Source of the DNA: Yuukianura sp. NJ FZ-2021
Taxonomy: Eukaryota
Reading direction: 5' to 3'
Length of the DNA stretch: 64,000 nucleotides
NCBI GenBank assembly: GCA_046563655.1
Contig: CM102289.1
Location: 6,510,001-6,574,000 of the forward strand
The notes under the pieces were generated by a model, which saw only the letters and a program-made list of their open reading frames with translations, made no database searches and had not been told where the DNA came from. Both the position numbers and the translations under genes were made by a program. Positions 13,725 to 26,723 of this stretch are shown one piece after another (the stretch's first letter is position 1; each line of letters begins with the position of its first letter).

Positions 13725-16700
13725 ATGAAGAAAATCAAAAAGTTTATTCCGCTTCCAAGTAGCAAGAAGGAAACCGATAATGATTTTCTCAATTTGTCTA
13801 TTTCGAGTGGAGTTTCGGATGGTATGCTTTTAGCAATTATAATTCAAAAACCAGAATTTTAAAAATTAAAATTTTCCAAAAAAACATTTTGTATAGTTTT
13901 CGATTAATTTTAAATTTTACGTATGCTCTGCAGAGAGTTCTGGAAAGGACATGCGTGTAAAATCGAAAGTGAAAAACAATTATACGAAATGGCCAATTAA
14001 AGTCATGGGACATGCCGAGGGGAAGGTTAGGCTTTTCATGGTTGATAGAACAAGAACAATCATAAAAAAAAGTGTACTAATTTTGTTTTTTTTTCTTCTT
14101 TTTTGAAATTTTAATAGAAATCGAAGGAAATTGAAAAGAATGACGCTGAAAGTGTTGATTCAACACCATCACCAAAGCCAAAATCAAAGCAAAAAGTTTA
14201 TACTGTGGCTTCCTACGAACAAGAATTACTTAATTTCAAAATATTCCAGTTCGAACAAAACTTAGAAAACCTTGACAGTTTAAAGAGACCAGAATTTCGT
14301 GATAAGAGTGACAAGAGAGTTACGAAAATTGGACAAAGACTGAATCTGAAGCAATGTGACACGGACTTCTATGATTGGAAGATGAACGTCCAGTTGTTTT
14401 TGGCAAGACCAGACTTACGTTTAAAAATTCTCAGGATTCTGCCTCACAGTTTCCGAAAAGTTGTGTATCACTTTCAAGAAAAAGTTTTGGTGCAAAGCAG
14501 TGTAAGTCCAACAACGCAAAGAACAACTTAATCTCAATTAAACTTAACTATAAGTAACTATTTTTTTTTAATTCTAGGTTGAAGAATTTTGGAAATCGGT
14601 AGAACACTGCAGCGAAGAAATTTGGTCAGAAATTGTTGTAAAATCAATTAACCGGATTCTGAGTCTTCCAGAACAAGCTACAGAGCAAGATTTACTGACG
14701 AATTTAGGCCTAAAGTATGTTTTTAATTATAAATTTTAAAAATTCAATTCCTTTTTTTAAAGTTCACAAAAATGTTTTAAAAAGGGTTTTGGGAGAAATT
14801 TGGAACTACTTTGACACAAAACCGCCAGCGCCTTTGATGGATGACGAAATGGATTCCATTGCAAAGTTTCAGATGGATACAATTTTGGCGAAACTGGAAA
14901 CGGAAATTGTAAACTCCGCTAAGCAAATGTAAGGTTCGAATGAATCTGTATCTACTTTTTAATTCACGATTAACGCAACTTTTTAAAACAATCTTGAAAC
15001 AGATTTACTTACAACGTACCTGAAGTGTCACTCCAGAATTTAAATGCGGCGATTCCGAGATTTTGTAAAGAGCTCAAAGACAACCAATCTTACTGGAAAG
15101 GAGTCTTCCAACAATACAAGTAAGCATTTAAAAAAAAAGTTAAAATTAGAAGTGACTTTCCTTCGGTTTTCTAAAATTTATTCTTTTATGACAAATTTTA
15201 GAATCAAGCTGGATATGTACGAAATCATTTACTCTGTGTGGGATTTAGAGGTATATTTTACTTTTTACTAATTATGGGCAATTTGCAAATTTTATTTTGT
15301 GTTATGTAGATTTCTGATGCTGTGAAGCCAATGTTGGAAAATGCCAAATCAAACCTAGTGAAAGTTAAATTCGAAGACAAATATCCAATTCTTACACAAA
15401 ATTTTGATTCGGATCGTGACATTGCCTTGTTCTCATTGTTTCAAGCTCTCCGAAAATTTGCTAGGTGAGTTCAAATTGCAAAAAAAGTTTATAATAAAAG
15501 AAAATAAAAACTTTCTTCTTTTTACAGCTTGACTGAAAAAACTGCTTTACCAAATTTTGTTCACGTCAAAGCCTTTGTGTATTCTTGGTTTCGTGACTTT
15601 GTTCCACAGTGGATTGATGTAGCATGTTACAGAGCAATGACCCGAATTCATAATGCTGTGAAAAAGGATAACTTGGAACCAATCACCCCGGGCTGCAAAC
15701 GAAGTCATTCATCTACGTTTACAGTCGACACGTTTGCGGCGGTAAACATCAAACTTATACGTTTTCAATTCAAAAATGCTAAACAATTTTCTTTAAAATT
15801 CAGATGGAAATTTCTTGGCATGAGCTTGAATGGCCACATCCAGAAGAATCTTATAGCTTTGTGATTCTCACTTTGAAAAATTTTGACCGATGCATTCAAT
15901 TTTACGCTGAAAGCATTTGCAACCGTCTTGAGGAACTAGAAAATGCAAATTTTTACTGTATTGGTGGTTCGGATGAGGTTAGATCAAAGTTTTCAAAAAT
16001 CTTTAAAAAAAACAGTTTTCAAGAAAAAGTGTGTGAATTTTTCTTTCAGCTTTTTGTTGCAATCAATAACGTGGAGTATGTCTCAAAGAAAGTGGGCACA
16101 ATTGCCGAAAACCTTGGAATTGCTCACGTTCTGGAGAAATTGTCAAATTATGTGGAGCGGAGTGATGCGCAGACGCCAAGTTTACCACGGCGTGGAAATC
16201 GCACATCGATTGAGCAATGTAAAGAAACCCCGCCAAATATTATTCAAAATTGGAGGGAGAACGTACACAGGAGAGTCTCATCTTGTCTGATCCTTACCTA
16301 CGATAAGGTGATGCAATTTCCAAAAACGAATCAAATTAGTTCAAAAATAACATTTTAATTTTGCTTTTCTTTTCAAATTTAGCAAATCGAACCGCTTTTG
16401 ACTATGTTCATGGAAACAGCAGCGTCTCCTTCCAGAGCGGAAGACTCAGACAAAGTTATAATTATGCTGTTTGGAATTCTGGAACGCATGACTGCACAGC
16501 TGGAAGCTACCGAATATGCCCGAGCATTTCCGACCATCGCCGACAAAGTTCTGGATTCATTTATTGGTTTTGCCGAGAGAACTATTGCCGTACGAAAAGA
16601 ACTTTAAATTTATAAAAAAAAATTTGAATTAATTTTTGATTTTCTACTTTTCTACACTTTAGGGAACAAAATCTCTTCAATTTTTTCAACACTTGGAGGA

Positions 16701-17457
16701 CATGCTTATCAAAATTTCCGCTCTGTTTAAGAAAGTTGGAGTTGGCGAAGTAGTTGAGAAAAGGGAAGATGAAATTTCGACACTCCACGAAAAAATTCGA
16801 CTATACAAAATTTCAACTGAAAAATTAATCGCTGAGTACCTGAAGAAGCGTTACGAAGATCAGAATTCGTCGGATCGACATTCCCAAGAAGGATTCCTTA
16901 CAGTCATTGCCAATTATCGCGAAGAGGGCCAAGCTTTGAAGATGGTCGTTCTCAACGCATCTCTACTGAAGGCGGGAGACGTCAATTCCTACGTTAGATT
17001 CAAAATTTATCCAAATACTCCAACTGCCAAAGGCATGCCACCAAATTACTGTTCAAAAGTTCAAAAGTGCACAAAGTACCCGTTATACCAAGAAACGTTT
17101 GAGATGTAAGTTTGCAAAAATTAAAAAAAAACTGAAAAATGGAAATTTTAAATAGTGTTTTATCAATCTTTTAGAAACCTGTCAAAAGCTGATTTAAACT
17201 CAGGTGGTTTTATTCACTTTTGGATCAAGACTGGATATATTTGTAACTGGAAATTCAGTGGAGAAGCGTTTCTACCATTCGAAAAGATCTCACAGTCTTG
17301 TCCCGAAGTCAATGACCCAGCTGAACAAAATAAACTTCCACTCACACTCCCCACCAAACAAAATTTGAGAATTTTGGATATTTTGGAAGATCGAAAGGAC
17401 AAAAACGGAACAAAATTTTCAACAACGCAGCGACAAAGAATAAGTTTAAATAAATAG
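13725..17457 (+). CDS. Divergent BAIAP3/Munc13-4 (Unc-13-4)-like protein: MUN domain plus degenerate C-terminal C2 domain
   Basis: Multi-exon frame joinable without stops. MHD1-like segment WFRDFVPQWIDVACYRAMTRIHNAVKKD…WHELEWP…CIQFYA. C2-like segment LKMVVLNA…YVRFKIYP…SKVQKCTKYPLYQETF…FSGEAFLPF. Confidence 0.8.
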
Positions 17458-17560
17458 GATTGCGTTACTTCAATAACCAAGAAGTAAAATATTGTAACTT
17501 TTGTAAATTGAGTAAGAATTGGCGTTTAAATTGTATTTTAATTGAAAATAAATAAACTAG

Positions 17561-17633
17561 AAATGGTATATGTTGAAAATAAAAATACTAAAAATGGTAT
17601 ATGTTGAAAATAAAAATACTAAAAAATGGTATA
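17561..17633. repeat. Short tandem repeat (~30-31 bp unit AAATGGTATATGTTGAAAATAAAAATACTA); third copy interrupted by the MITE
   Basis: Two near-complete copies, then ATGGTATA; the remainder TATGTTGAAAA resumes at 18060. Confidence 0.8.
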
Positions 17634-18059
17634 AGTAATGGACCAATTTTAGAAACCACGCTATCCCTCTTTCTCCCTCCTCTTTTACCGCCAACTTCCA
17701 CTACTTTTTTTTAGTAGTGGAGAGAAGGCGAGAAGAGAAATTGTGAAAACTCAACTCAATGTAAGAGTTTTGCACATTACTCCAAGTTTTACGGTAACCG
17801 TGGGAGGAGTGAAATGAGAAGAGCCAATCAGAGGAGTTTCTAAAATTGGTCCGGACCAATTTTAGAAACTCCTCTGATTGGCTCTTCTCATTTCACTCCT
17901 CCCACGGTTACCGTAAAACTTGGAGTAATGTGCAAAACTCTTACATTGAGTTGAGTTTTCACAATTTCTCTTCTCGCCTTCTCTCCACTAGTTGGAAGTT
18001 GGCGGTATAAGAGGAGGGAGAAAGAGGGATAGCGTGGTTTCTAAAATTGGTCCATTACG
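17634..18059. mobile_element. Palindromic dimer of a MITE with a TA target-site duplication (Tc1/mariner-type signature)
   Basis: 17635-17852 and 17853-18058 are near-perfect reverse complements with no spacer (centre GGTCC|GGACC). Each half has its own TIRs GGACCAATTTTAGAAAC…GTTTCTAAAATTGGTCC. TA on both sides (17632-33, 18060-61). Confidence 0.88.
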
Positions 18060-18415
18060 TATGTTGAAAAAAAAACAATTTAAGAAACCAAAACGAACTT
18101 AGGTGAAATTTTTTTTATTCTGAACTTGAAGAGAAAAGCAATTGCACCAAACTAATTACTATGCAGGTCATTAAAGTTGCAAACAAGTTATAGGGTATCG
18201 AATTTGGCGAAAGATCTATTTGTACAGTACAAATCAAAAGTAATTTTCTGAAAGTCATAGTCTAGAGTTTTTAACACACTTTAACTTAGTTTAAATGTTA
18301 ACATTTAACAAAATTGTGAACAAATATATTAGAACTTGTAAAGATCACAAATATTCAAATGTACAGGTAACTGTCATGAACAATGTGCATGAAAGTGAAT
18401 GAAACTCCTGAAAGT

Positions 18416-21400
18416 TTACACTGATGACGCTTCATGCTGCGATTCGCTGATGGCGGACTTGCGTGGTGGCTCTGCCCATGGCTATAAAAAGTATTAAAAA
18501 TTTCAGAAAAGGATTTAATATTTTTAATTTGTTTAAAGGTTGTATTTGGTTAACAACATCGATTAACACCAAACAACATCAGCTAACCTGTAGTTCACCG
18601 GATGCAAAAAACGAGTATAAACTCACGCCGCAAATGTGAATAAGAGCCACCAAAAGAAAGACTTTCCCCCGTTCATCAAACCAATTCCTCTGAAATTTAT
18701 GATTTCAACAAAGTTAAAAAAACCGTTTTTGAAAGTACTGTTATTTTTTTTAAACTAAACCCCGAATTGGCGGTAGCACGCCATTGGTGCGAGGCGCAAT
18801 GGTACGAACGAATTGGTGCGAAACTAATTGATGCGAATGCTCCATTGGTCCGAATGGTCCATTGCTCCGAAGCAACAAAAGTCCGATACCAATAGGTGCG
18901 AAAGATTAATTCGCTTATTTCCGATTGCAAATCCGAAATCCGTTTTTGGCGATCGCATCTCCTTCTTGTTAAGATAGATTAATTATTAAGATTCTAATTA
19001 ACAATTTCACATGTAGATTGAGAATTTATAGTATAACCAATGGATACCAAGAATTGTTCTTTGTTATATCTCCGCTCCGAAGGCGCGCGTTAGGTTTGGT
19101 TGGCATAATACCAATAATTTCGAACTAATAATTAATCTTTCGTAGCTGTGGGGTAGGAAAAAGTAAGGTAGCCGGCGTGACCACCGGACCATGGTGCCCA
19201 TTTACCCACTGGAGGCTTACCAATACTGTTTTCCCACATAGTGAATAATCTTTCGCACCAATTAACCTTTCGGGCCAATTAATATTTCGCACCAATTGGT
19301 TTCGTACCCATGCTGCTTCGGAGCAATGACCATTCGGACCAATGCAGCATTCGCACCAATTGGTTTCGTACTATTTCATTCGAACCATTGCGCTTCGCAC
19401 CAATTCATTCGCACCAATGGCATGGAACCGTATTTTGCAACCCATCGAAAAACTTTCGGAGCAATCCAGCCGGAAAGCATTCCCGCCGAATTTGATATTC
19501 CCATCAGAATTCCAGCATATCGTGGAGCAATATCCAAAGGATTCACATAGAACCCTAGCAATACAACAAAGGAAAATGTTAGCATAATTCAAGCTTAAGT
19601 TGCTACAACATTATAATTAGTGTTTTAAATTAACAAATGTTAAAAAACAATGTTGTCTTCAAACCAGAGATTGCAATTCCGGAGATGCCAACTGACAAAC
19701 ACAGACAGATTAGACCAAAATCTATATCAGTTGAAAGTACGACCAGGAAAAGAAAAAATGTTTCCATCCCAAAGCCGATGCAGATGGACGCTTTTCGAAC
19801 TTGAGTGGTTGTCATAATTTTCTTTTGACGGAAATAGTCAGCAAGAATTCCACCAATGGGAACGACGATTGTCAACATAAGCTATGAAAGAACGCCCGAA
19901 CATAATACTTGAAAACATCATCATAATTAGAAAATGAAGTTACTTCAGCATTTTTTTTTACCTCTGTTGGAGTATGTTGTTCTCCAAGATATGTTACTTG
20001 CGCGTAAACTACAACCTGGAATGTCCAAGAATGACAAAAGCTTGCGACAATGATTGCATATACAGGTTTCGATCGAAAAATTTGCCCCCATGGGGTTGTC
20101 CGAATAGTTGGAACTGAATTTGACACAGGACCGATTGACTTCTCAATAAAATTCAGTTCCCGGGCTGTGATAGTCGGATCCTTTGCTGGCTCTTTACCCG
20201 CTAGCCACAACCAAACAAAGTACCAAACAATGCCAGCACATCCTATAATAACATGAACAGCTTTAAAAACTAAAATGCAACAAGCAAAATTAAATATTTT
20301 AACAAATAGACCATAAAAGTAATATGGTGCAATCCAACTGAAACGTTCAACGAGCCACGCCGAGATGGGAAATCCCGCCGCGGTTCCGCCGTATGACCCA
20401 CACAATGCCAGCGTTGCTAACTGAGATCGTTCCAGCGGAGGTGCCCATCTTTTCCAAATTTCATGGCAGGCAGGAAGAGTAACACCCTGAAAGTACAACT
20501 CAATTTTTTTTCACGAAAGTTCTGTAAAAATTTAAAAATGTGTTTATTTTTTGAAAAAGTACATCAACGAGCCCATGTAAAGTCCTAACAATGAGAAGCA
20601 TCACCCACCCGCCTCGGGCTGCCGCTGGCACGACCATGTTCAAAACAGCAGAACAAAAAATTGCAGCACCGAAAACCCTGTTTTGAAACCAAAATCAACT
20701 CCGGGTTTTTTTACCGGTTTGGCGGAGGCACATTACCGGTTTGCTGGATATCTCGCTGCTAGTAGTCCTCCGGGAATTTGAGTTACAAAACATCCAGCAA
20801 AATATGATGATGTCACCAGCCATTGAATCCAAGAATTCTAATTAAGGAAAACATGAAACTTTAAAACTTTAGAATTTTTGAATTTACAGGAACTCAAAAT
20901 TTTTCGATTTTCCCTAAAATCTGGTTCGTTTTACAAAAAATCGACAACTCACTTTTATATCTGGATCAAATTTTACCATCTTCGCAATGGCAACTCCAAG
21001 ATTGCAGCGTATACCAAAAGATATGAAGAAACCTTATATGAAAAAAATAGCGTAATTTTTTTTTCAACTATAATTATTTCAGTTACCCATGCTTGCCAGT
21101 AGAGCGACAGTGTATCGCTTGCTTAAGTTTGGACAGCAAAATTGGACACATTTGTCAATGGGACGCAATTGCGGACTTTGGATTGTTGTTGAAATGAAAG
21201 ACTCCCGTCCACTCTGAACGCTAATGTAAGATGGCCTTCCAAGCCAACCAAAACGTTTGATGAGATAGACATTGCAGATAAAGACTTTTTAAGAAATTTC
21301 AAAATTTTTTAGATAGATACTTTGACAAACCAACTTACATTCCACTCTGTCCAGATTGTTCACACATATTAAATTGCACAGTACTAAATCAAGTGAATAC

Positions 21401-21525
21401 GATTAATATAAATGAATTAAAATTTTATTAATTACGATTTTATTTTCTAGTTGAGTTGTTTGATTTTACCTTGTTGAGGGTCTGGGTGTTTTAGTTGCTG
21501 ATGTTTTAGGTGTTTTGTTTGCCAT
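18416..21525 (-). pseudogene. VGlut/SLC17 copy C, probable pseudogene
   Basis: Same exon structure as the neighbouring copies, but in-frame TAGs at 20838-20840 (W codon in paralogs) and 19882-19884 (H codon), a 660-bp insertion in an exon, and substitutions FCRSW>FCHSW, GVTYP>GVTLP, GY>GC. Confidence 0.7.
18771..19430. mobile_element. Non-autonomous foldback-like element with inverted arrays of ~15-bp subterminal repeats
   Basis: Ends CGGTAGCACGCCATTGGTGCGA and (reverse complement) CGGTTCCATGCCATTGGTGCGA. ATTGGTGCGAA-like units on the left, TTCGCACCAAT units on the right. Removing it restores the VGlut frame …VAKY|QFG. Confidence 0.8.
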
Positions 21526-22236
21526 TTCTCTGATTAAGTCTGTGTCCTGTTCCTCACTACACCGAATTAATAATTGTTACACTAACGAAAGTTCATGCTG
21601 ATATCGTTTTTATATTGATTGTCGGACTGAAGGCGTCTTATCATGGTTCGGAATAGTTAAACTAAATATAATAATTAATTTTCAATTTTTTCTCTCCGAA
21701 ACACTTTTTGATCACGTTGAGCGTAGCTGTCCATATAGGTAAATTGAGAATTAGTACGCAGCATAAAGTGGTTAATTAATAATTAATTAAGCAACTTAAT
21801 TATTAAGTTACTTCTTTAAGGAAATTGAAAACAGAAACTCTTAATTAGTGTTAGTGGTTCCTCGACAATCTCAGGGAATGCTTTCGATTTCGACTTTCTA
21901 CTAAAAGCATAGCTGCGTAACTGAATAAAAACGGTTGAAATTTTCTACCGAGTTATTCAACGAAACTAATTAATTATTATAAATTTAAATTTATTATAAT
22001 AAATAAATTTAATTTATTATTATAAACTAACGAAATTATTTAATTTGGGTGTAAGTGTTGTAAAATAAAAACTTATATTTTAGAAAAATTCAACGAAACT
22101 GATTTTTTTTTTGCAAAAAATATGAAACTAACTTTCAGACGTGAGTGCAAAATTCGCTTGAAAATATTTTGTATTATTTTATATTGCAGTATGAAACGCA
22201 ATGTTGAGAAATTTTACTTCTGTTAACGCTGTCGTT

Positions 22237-24688
22237 TCAACGTTCTTCTCTACAGGTGGCGCTGATGAGTGGTCTTGGTAACTCCGGCGGTGGTTCTGCC
22301 CAAGGCTATGACAAAAGTAATTAAATTATGAAACGAAATCAATCCAGAAAAGCACTTTCGATTACTTCGATTACTTGTGAACTACGCCGATTATATCCAC
22401 TTACTTGTAATTCACCGGATGCATAAAACCAATAGAAAATTACACCGCAGATGTGAATGAAGGCCGCAAGAAGGAAGACTTTCTCCCATGCCTCATAATG
22501 TGCCTGCAAATTTGTTATTACAAAAAGTTCATACAAATTATTTCAATTTAAATTATGTTACTGTATATTTTTGTGAAAAACTGCACCATGTCTTTTGTAA
22601 TCCATTGAACAACATTCGGACCAATCCACGCAGACAGCGTCCCCACCGCGTTCGATATTCCCATCAAAATTCCAGCATAACGTGGAGCGATATCCAAATG
22701 ATTCACATTGAAACCTGAAAATCAAAATTAACGTCAAAAATTAATCCCAACAACTACATTTTTCAATTTACAAGTCTTAAATTTTAAAACCTGAAATGGC
22801 AAACCCGGAGATGCCAATTGCCAAAGTGAGAAACAGTATGGCAAATCCTGCATTATTTTTTGAAACAGCCACAAGAATCAGGAAAAACGCCTCCATTCCA
22901 AATCCTCCGCAGTTGAACACTTTCCGAACTTGTGTTGTTGTCATAATGTTGTTTCGGCGGAGGTAATCAGCAAGAATTCCGCCAATGGGAACGACGATTG
23001 TCATCAAGAGATGTGGCAGGGCGCCAATAGTTCCTCCCTTTAAAATTTTTAAAATTCGGAATTTGGAAATCAAAAATTGTTTGTGTTTCATCAAATTTTG
23101 TTTACTTCTGCCGCAGTGAGTTGGAATTCCTCTACCAAATACGTCACTTGAGAGATGAGTAGCAAGTAGAAGGTCCAGGAGCGACAAAAGCTGGCGACAA
23201 TGATTGCGTACACAGGTTTTGATCGAAAAATTTGCCCCCAAGGAGTTGTCCAGAAATTTGGAACTGAACTGGACACAGGTCCAATTGCTTTCTCAATGTA
23301 ATGCAGTTCCTGAGCCGTAATAGTTGGATGTTTTGATGGTTTCTCAAACGCCAGCCACAACCACACGAAATACCAAACGATGCCAGCAATTCCTAAAAAT
23401 GAAAATTTTTGTAACTAAAAAAGTAAACAAATGCAGAACCAGACGGAATTCCAGATTGAATTTTTTGAAACAGTGATATGCATCACCATAAAAGTAAAAC
23501 GGTGCACTCCAACTGATGCCACCCACGAGCCACCCCGACACGGGCATTCCCAATACAGCCCCACCGTAAGACCCACAAAATGCCAACGTAGCCAACCGAG
23601 ATCTTTCCAGCGGCGGTGCCCACCATCTCCAAATTCCATGGCAGGCTGGATATGTAACACCCTGAAAGTTCAATTCAGAAAACGTAAACTTCAAGAAAAT
23701 TCATACTTTTTTTTTTCGAAAAATACATCAACCAGCCCTTGCAAAATCCTGACGACGAGAAGCATTCCCCAACCGCCTTGGGCTGCTGCTGGAACTGCCA
23801 TGTTCAGAACAGCAGAACCAAATATGGCAGTACCAAAAATCCTGTTTTGAAAATTTGAAATAAACGAATGTCCGTAGCGTGACGAGTTTTCTAGAAATAG
23901 TTTACCGGTTTGCTGGATATCTTGCAGCTAGTAGTCCTCCAGGAACTTGAGTCACAAGATATCCAACAAAATACGATGATGTCACCAGTCCCCGAATCCT
24001 AGCATCCCAGTTAAACAATGGTTTCTTAAAAAACAAAACAAAAATTGAGGCTACACATCTATTTCGTGTTACTGGCTAGTGGCTACTCACTTTTGTTACT
24101 GGATCAGGTTTAACCATTTCCACAATGGCAACTCCAAGATTACATCGTATACCGAAAGATATTAAGAAACCTGTTGCATAAACAACAACAAATATTTTTT
24201 AATACGACTTTTCTAAAATTTTGGAAATTTGAATTACCGATGCTTGCCAGAATGGCGATAGTGTATCGCTTGCTTAACTCTGGACAACAAAATCGGACAC
24301 ACATGTCAATGGGGCACAATGGCGGATGTTGGATTGTTGTTGAATTGGAGGACTCCCGCTCACTTTGTTCACTAATAAGAGATGGCCTTCGAAGCCAACC
24401 AAAACGTTTGATTTGAAAGAAATTGCGGATAATGACTTTTTAAAAGGATTGAGAACTTTAGGGTTAGGAACTTTGACAAACTAGCTTACTTTCCACTTGT
24501 TACTTGTTGAGATAGCTCACTCATATTAAACTGCACAGTACTAAATCAAGCAAAAACTATTAACATGTGAAATAAAATTTTATTAAAAATTAAAATTAAA
24601 AGTTTATAAAAATCAACAATTGTTGATTTTTATTTTCTATTTCAGTTTGATTTTACCTCGTTGAGGGTCTGGGTGTCTTATTTGCCAT
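22237..24688 (-). CDS. Vesicular glutamate transporter-like (SLC17) copy B, with a frameshifted, shortened C-terminal tail
   Basis: [81 protein letters not shown] 2-nt deletion relative to copy A gives …[16 protein letters not shown]. Confidence 0.85.
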
Positions 24689-25860
24689 TTCTCTGGTTAC
24701 ACTTGCGTCCTGTTCATCACTACACCAAATTAATAACAGTTACACTAACGAAATTTTATGCTGATATCGTTTTTATATTAATGGTCGGACTGAAGGCAAC
24801 TAAAAACGTCTTATCATAGTTTGGAATAGTTAAACTAAATATAATAATTATTTTTCAATTTTTTCTCTACGAAACTTTTTTGATCACGGTACGAGTGTAA
24901 CAGTAAGGATAGGCAAATTGAGCATTAGTACGCAGTATAAAGTGGTTAATTAATAATTAATCAAGCAACTTAATTATTAAGTTACTTCTTTCAGGAAATT
25001 GGAACCAGAAAGTCTTAATTAGTGTTAAGCGTAGAGACCTCCTACACTACGTAAGCACTACTACTAACGTAAGCACACCGTAGGAACTGAACATTAGCTT
25101 TTGAGATTTTCTACTGAGTATTCAACAGAAACGAAAACTTTTTTTGCAAAAACATGAAACTAACTCTCTGACGTGAATGCAAAATTCGTTTGAAAATGTT
25201 TTGTATTATTTTATATTGAAGTTTTTGCACTTGGTAGAAAACCGTCGTAGTTTTGATTAATTGTAATTTTGGTGCTGTATAGTTTAGTACCACTAAAATA
25301 TGGAAAGAGCGTAGCTGACCTGAAAGCGTGTTTTTTGTCTTAAAAAAATTGAAAGATATAAAAAAAAACTGCTGCCAATTTATTACTGTATAAATCAATA
25401 ATGTTACAAATCAACACTTTTTCAAAAACTAAATTCGGAGTTTAGTTTGTTGAATAACTCTAATATTTAACAAAATTTGTAACAAATATGAGAGAAAACT
25501 TGTAGAAATCACAGATATTAAGTATGTACTTATTGTCACAAAATGTTGTAATAATTTCAAAATCACATAATACGTTAAACCATATTTTTAGGACTCTCAA
25601 AAGCAAATTCAAATGATTTCTGTTGTCTACGAGTTGTTTGTAAATATATAGGTGAACAATCTGTACGTAAACTTAATTTGTTGATAATCTCGGATAGTTT
25701 TTTTTTTAATATTTGTTGAATTCAGATTTTTTTTATTATAACATAATACTATATTGAGGTTTCTTTCTGAAACGGAAATATAGTACATGTTTGAGTACGA
25801 ATTTCATGATTTACTTATTGGTCGGCACTTTCGATGTTAATCAATAAGACTTTTTTTTTC

Positions 25861-26008
25861 AAATTCTTTTTAGATGGACTAACGAAACTCGATACTTTCA
25901 AAACCAAAAAATTGATAGGTTTTCATAATGGCCTTATGAAAACCTATTAAACCTTATGAAAACCATACCTTCAGTTCTATTCAATTCATGTCCATCTAAA
26001 AACAATTT
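25861..26008. mobile_element. Small MITE-like inverted-repeat element
   Basis: AAATTCTTTTTAGATGGAC … GTCCATCTAAAAACAATTT (18/19 inverted match) around an internal 14-bp hairpin ATAGGTTTTCATAA/TTATGAAAACCTAT. No TSD established. Confidence 0.5.
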
Positions 26009-26723
26009 TCAGTTACGTTTTTTCAAATACTTTTTTGAAGCAAATTCTTGGCACCATTTTTGTTCAACAAAAAAGTTCTTGAAAACCGTACAAGTTTCGG
26101 CAAGTCGGCACTTTTGAAGGCACTTGGGTCAAGAAATATCTCATTTTTTAAACCAATTTTTTTCCTCAAAAATTTCAAGCCTTTGGACGATCATTTGCTT
26201 GAAAATTTACACTTATGGCCTTGTGTAAGTTTTCAAGCTATGAATCTGCAAACGCCAATGTCAACACCGCGAAAATTTAAAATTTGGCTAGAAATTCTTG
26301 ACCTTCAGTGTTCGATTTGTATCACGTTTCCACGTTTAGAGTTCCACGCATTCCCTTGGACCATTCATTCCTTAACTTAACCAACATTACCGTAATCTAC
26401 TGATGTATCTTCGGTTAAACTACCCGAACCAGAATCTCTCTCAAGTATTGTCATCAATTATTGGCTTCCGAGTTACTTAGCTTGTTTCTATTGGTGGAGA
26501 GTCGACAAGGGTCACAAGGTCAGTGTCAAAAGTGGGGTGAACTTTGAACTCTTCCTTATTTGATTATTTTCTCATCGTGGCAAATTCAAAATCCAACTGG
26601 ATATTGTCGAGTTATTACTTTTTTGGGAAGGAGTGATTCAGCATGTTGAGTCTTGGCAGAAGGAGTTCCCTTGTGAACGTGTAGTCTCCAACTCGTTGGA
26701 ACTCCTGACTGACTTGGGCGGTT

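Noticed and set aside
18771..19430. Regularly spaced short repeats superficially like a CRISPR array
   Set aside because: No unique spacers, inverted arrangement, eukaryotic context and no cas genes.
19296..19592. Several overlapping short ORFs on both strands
   Set aside because: They arise from the 15-bp repeat array of the foldback element plus a VGlut exon; not independent genes.
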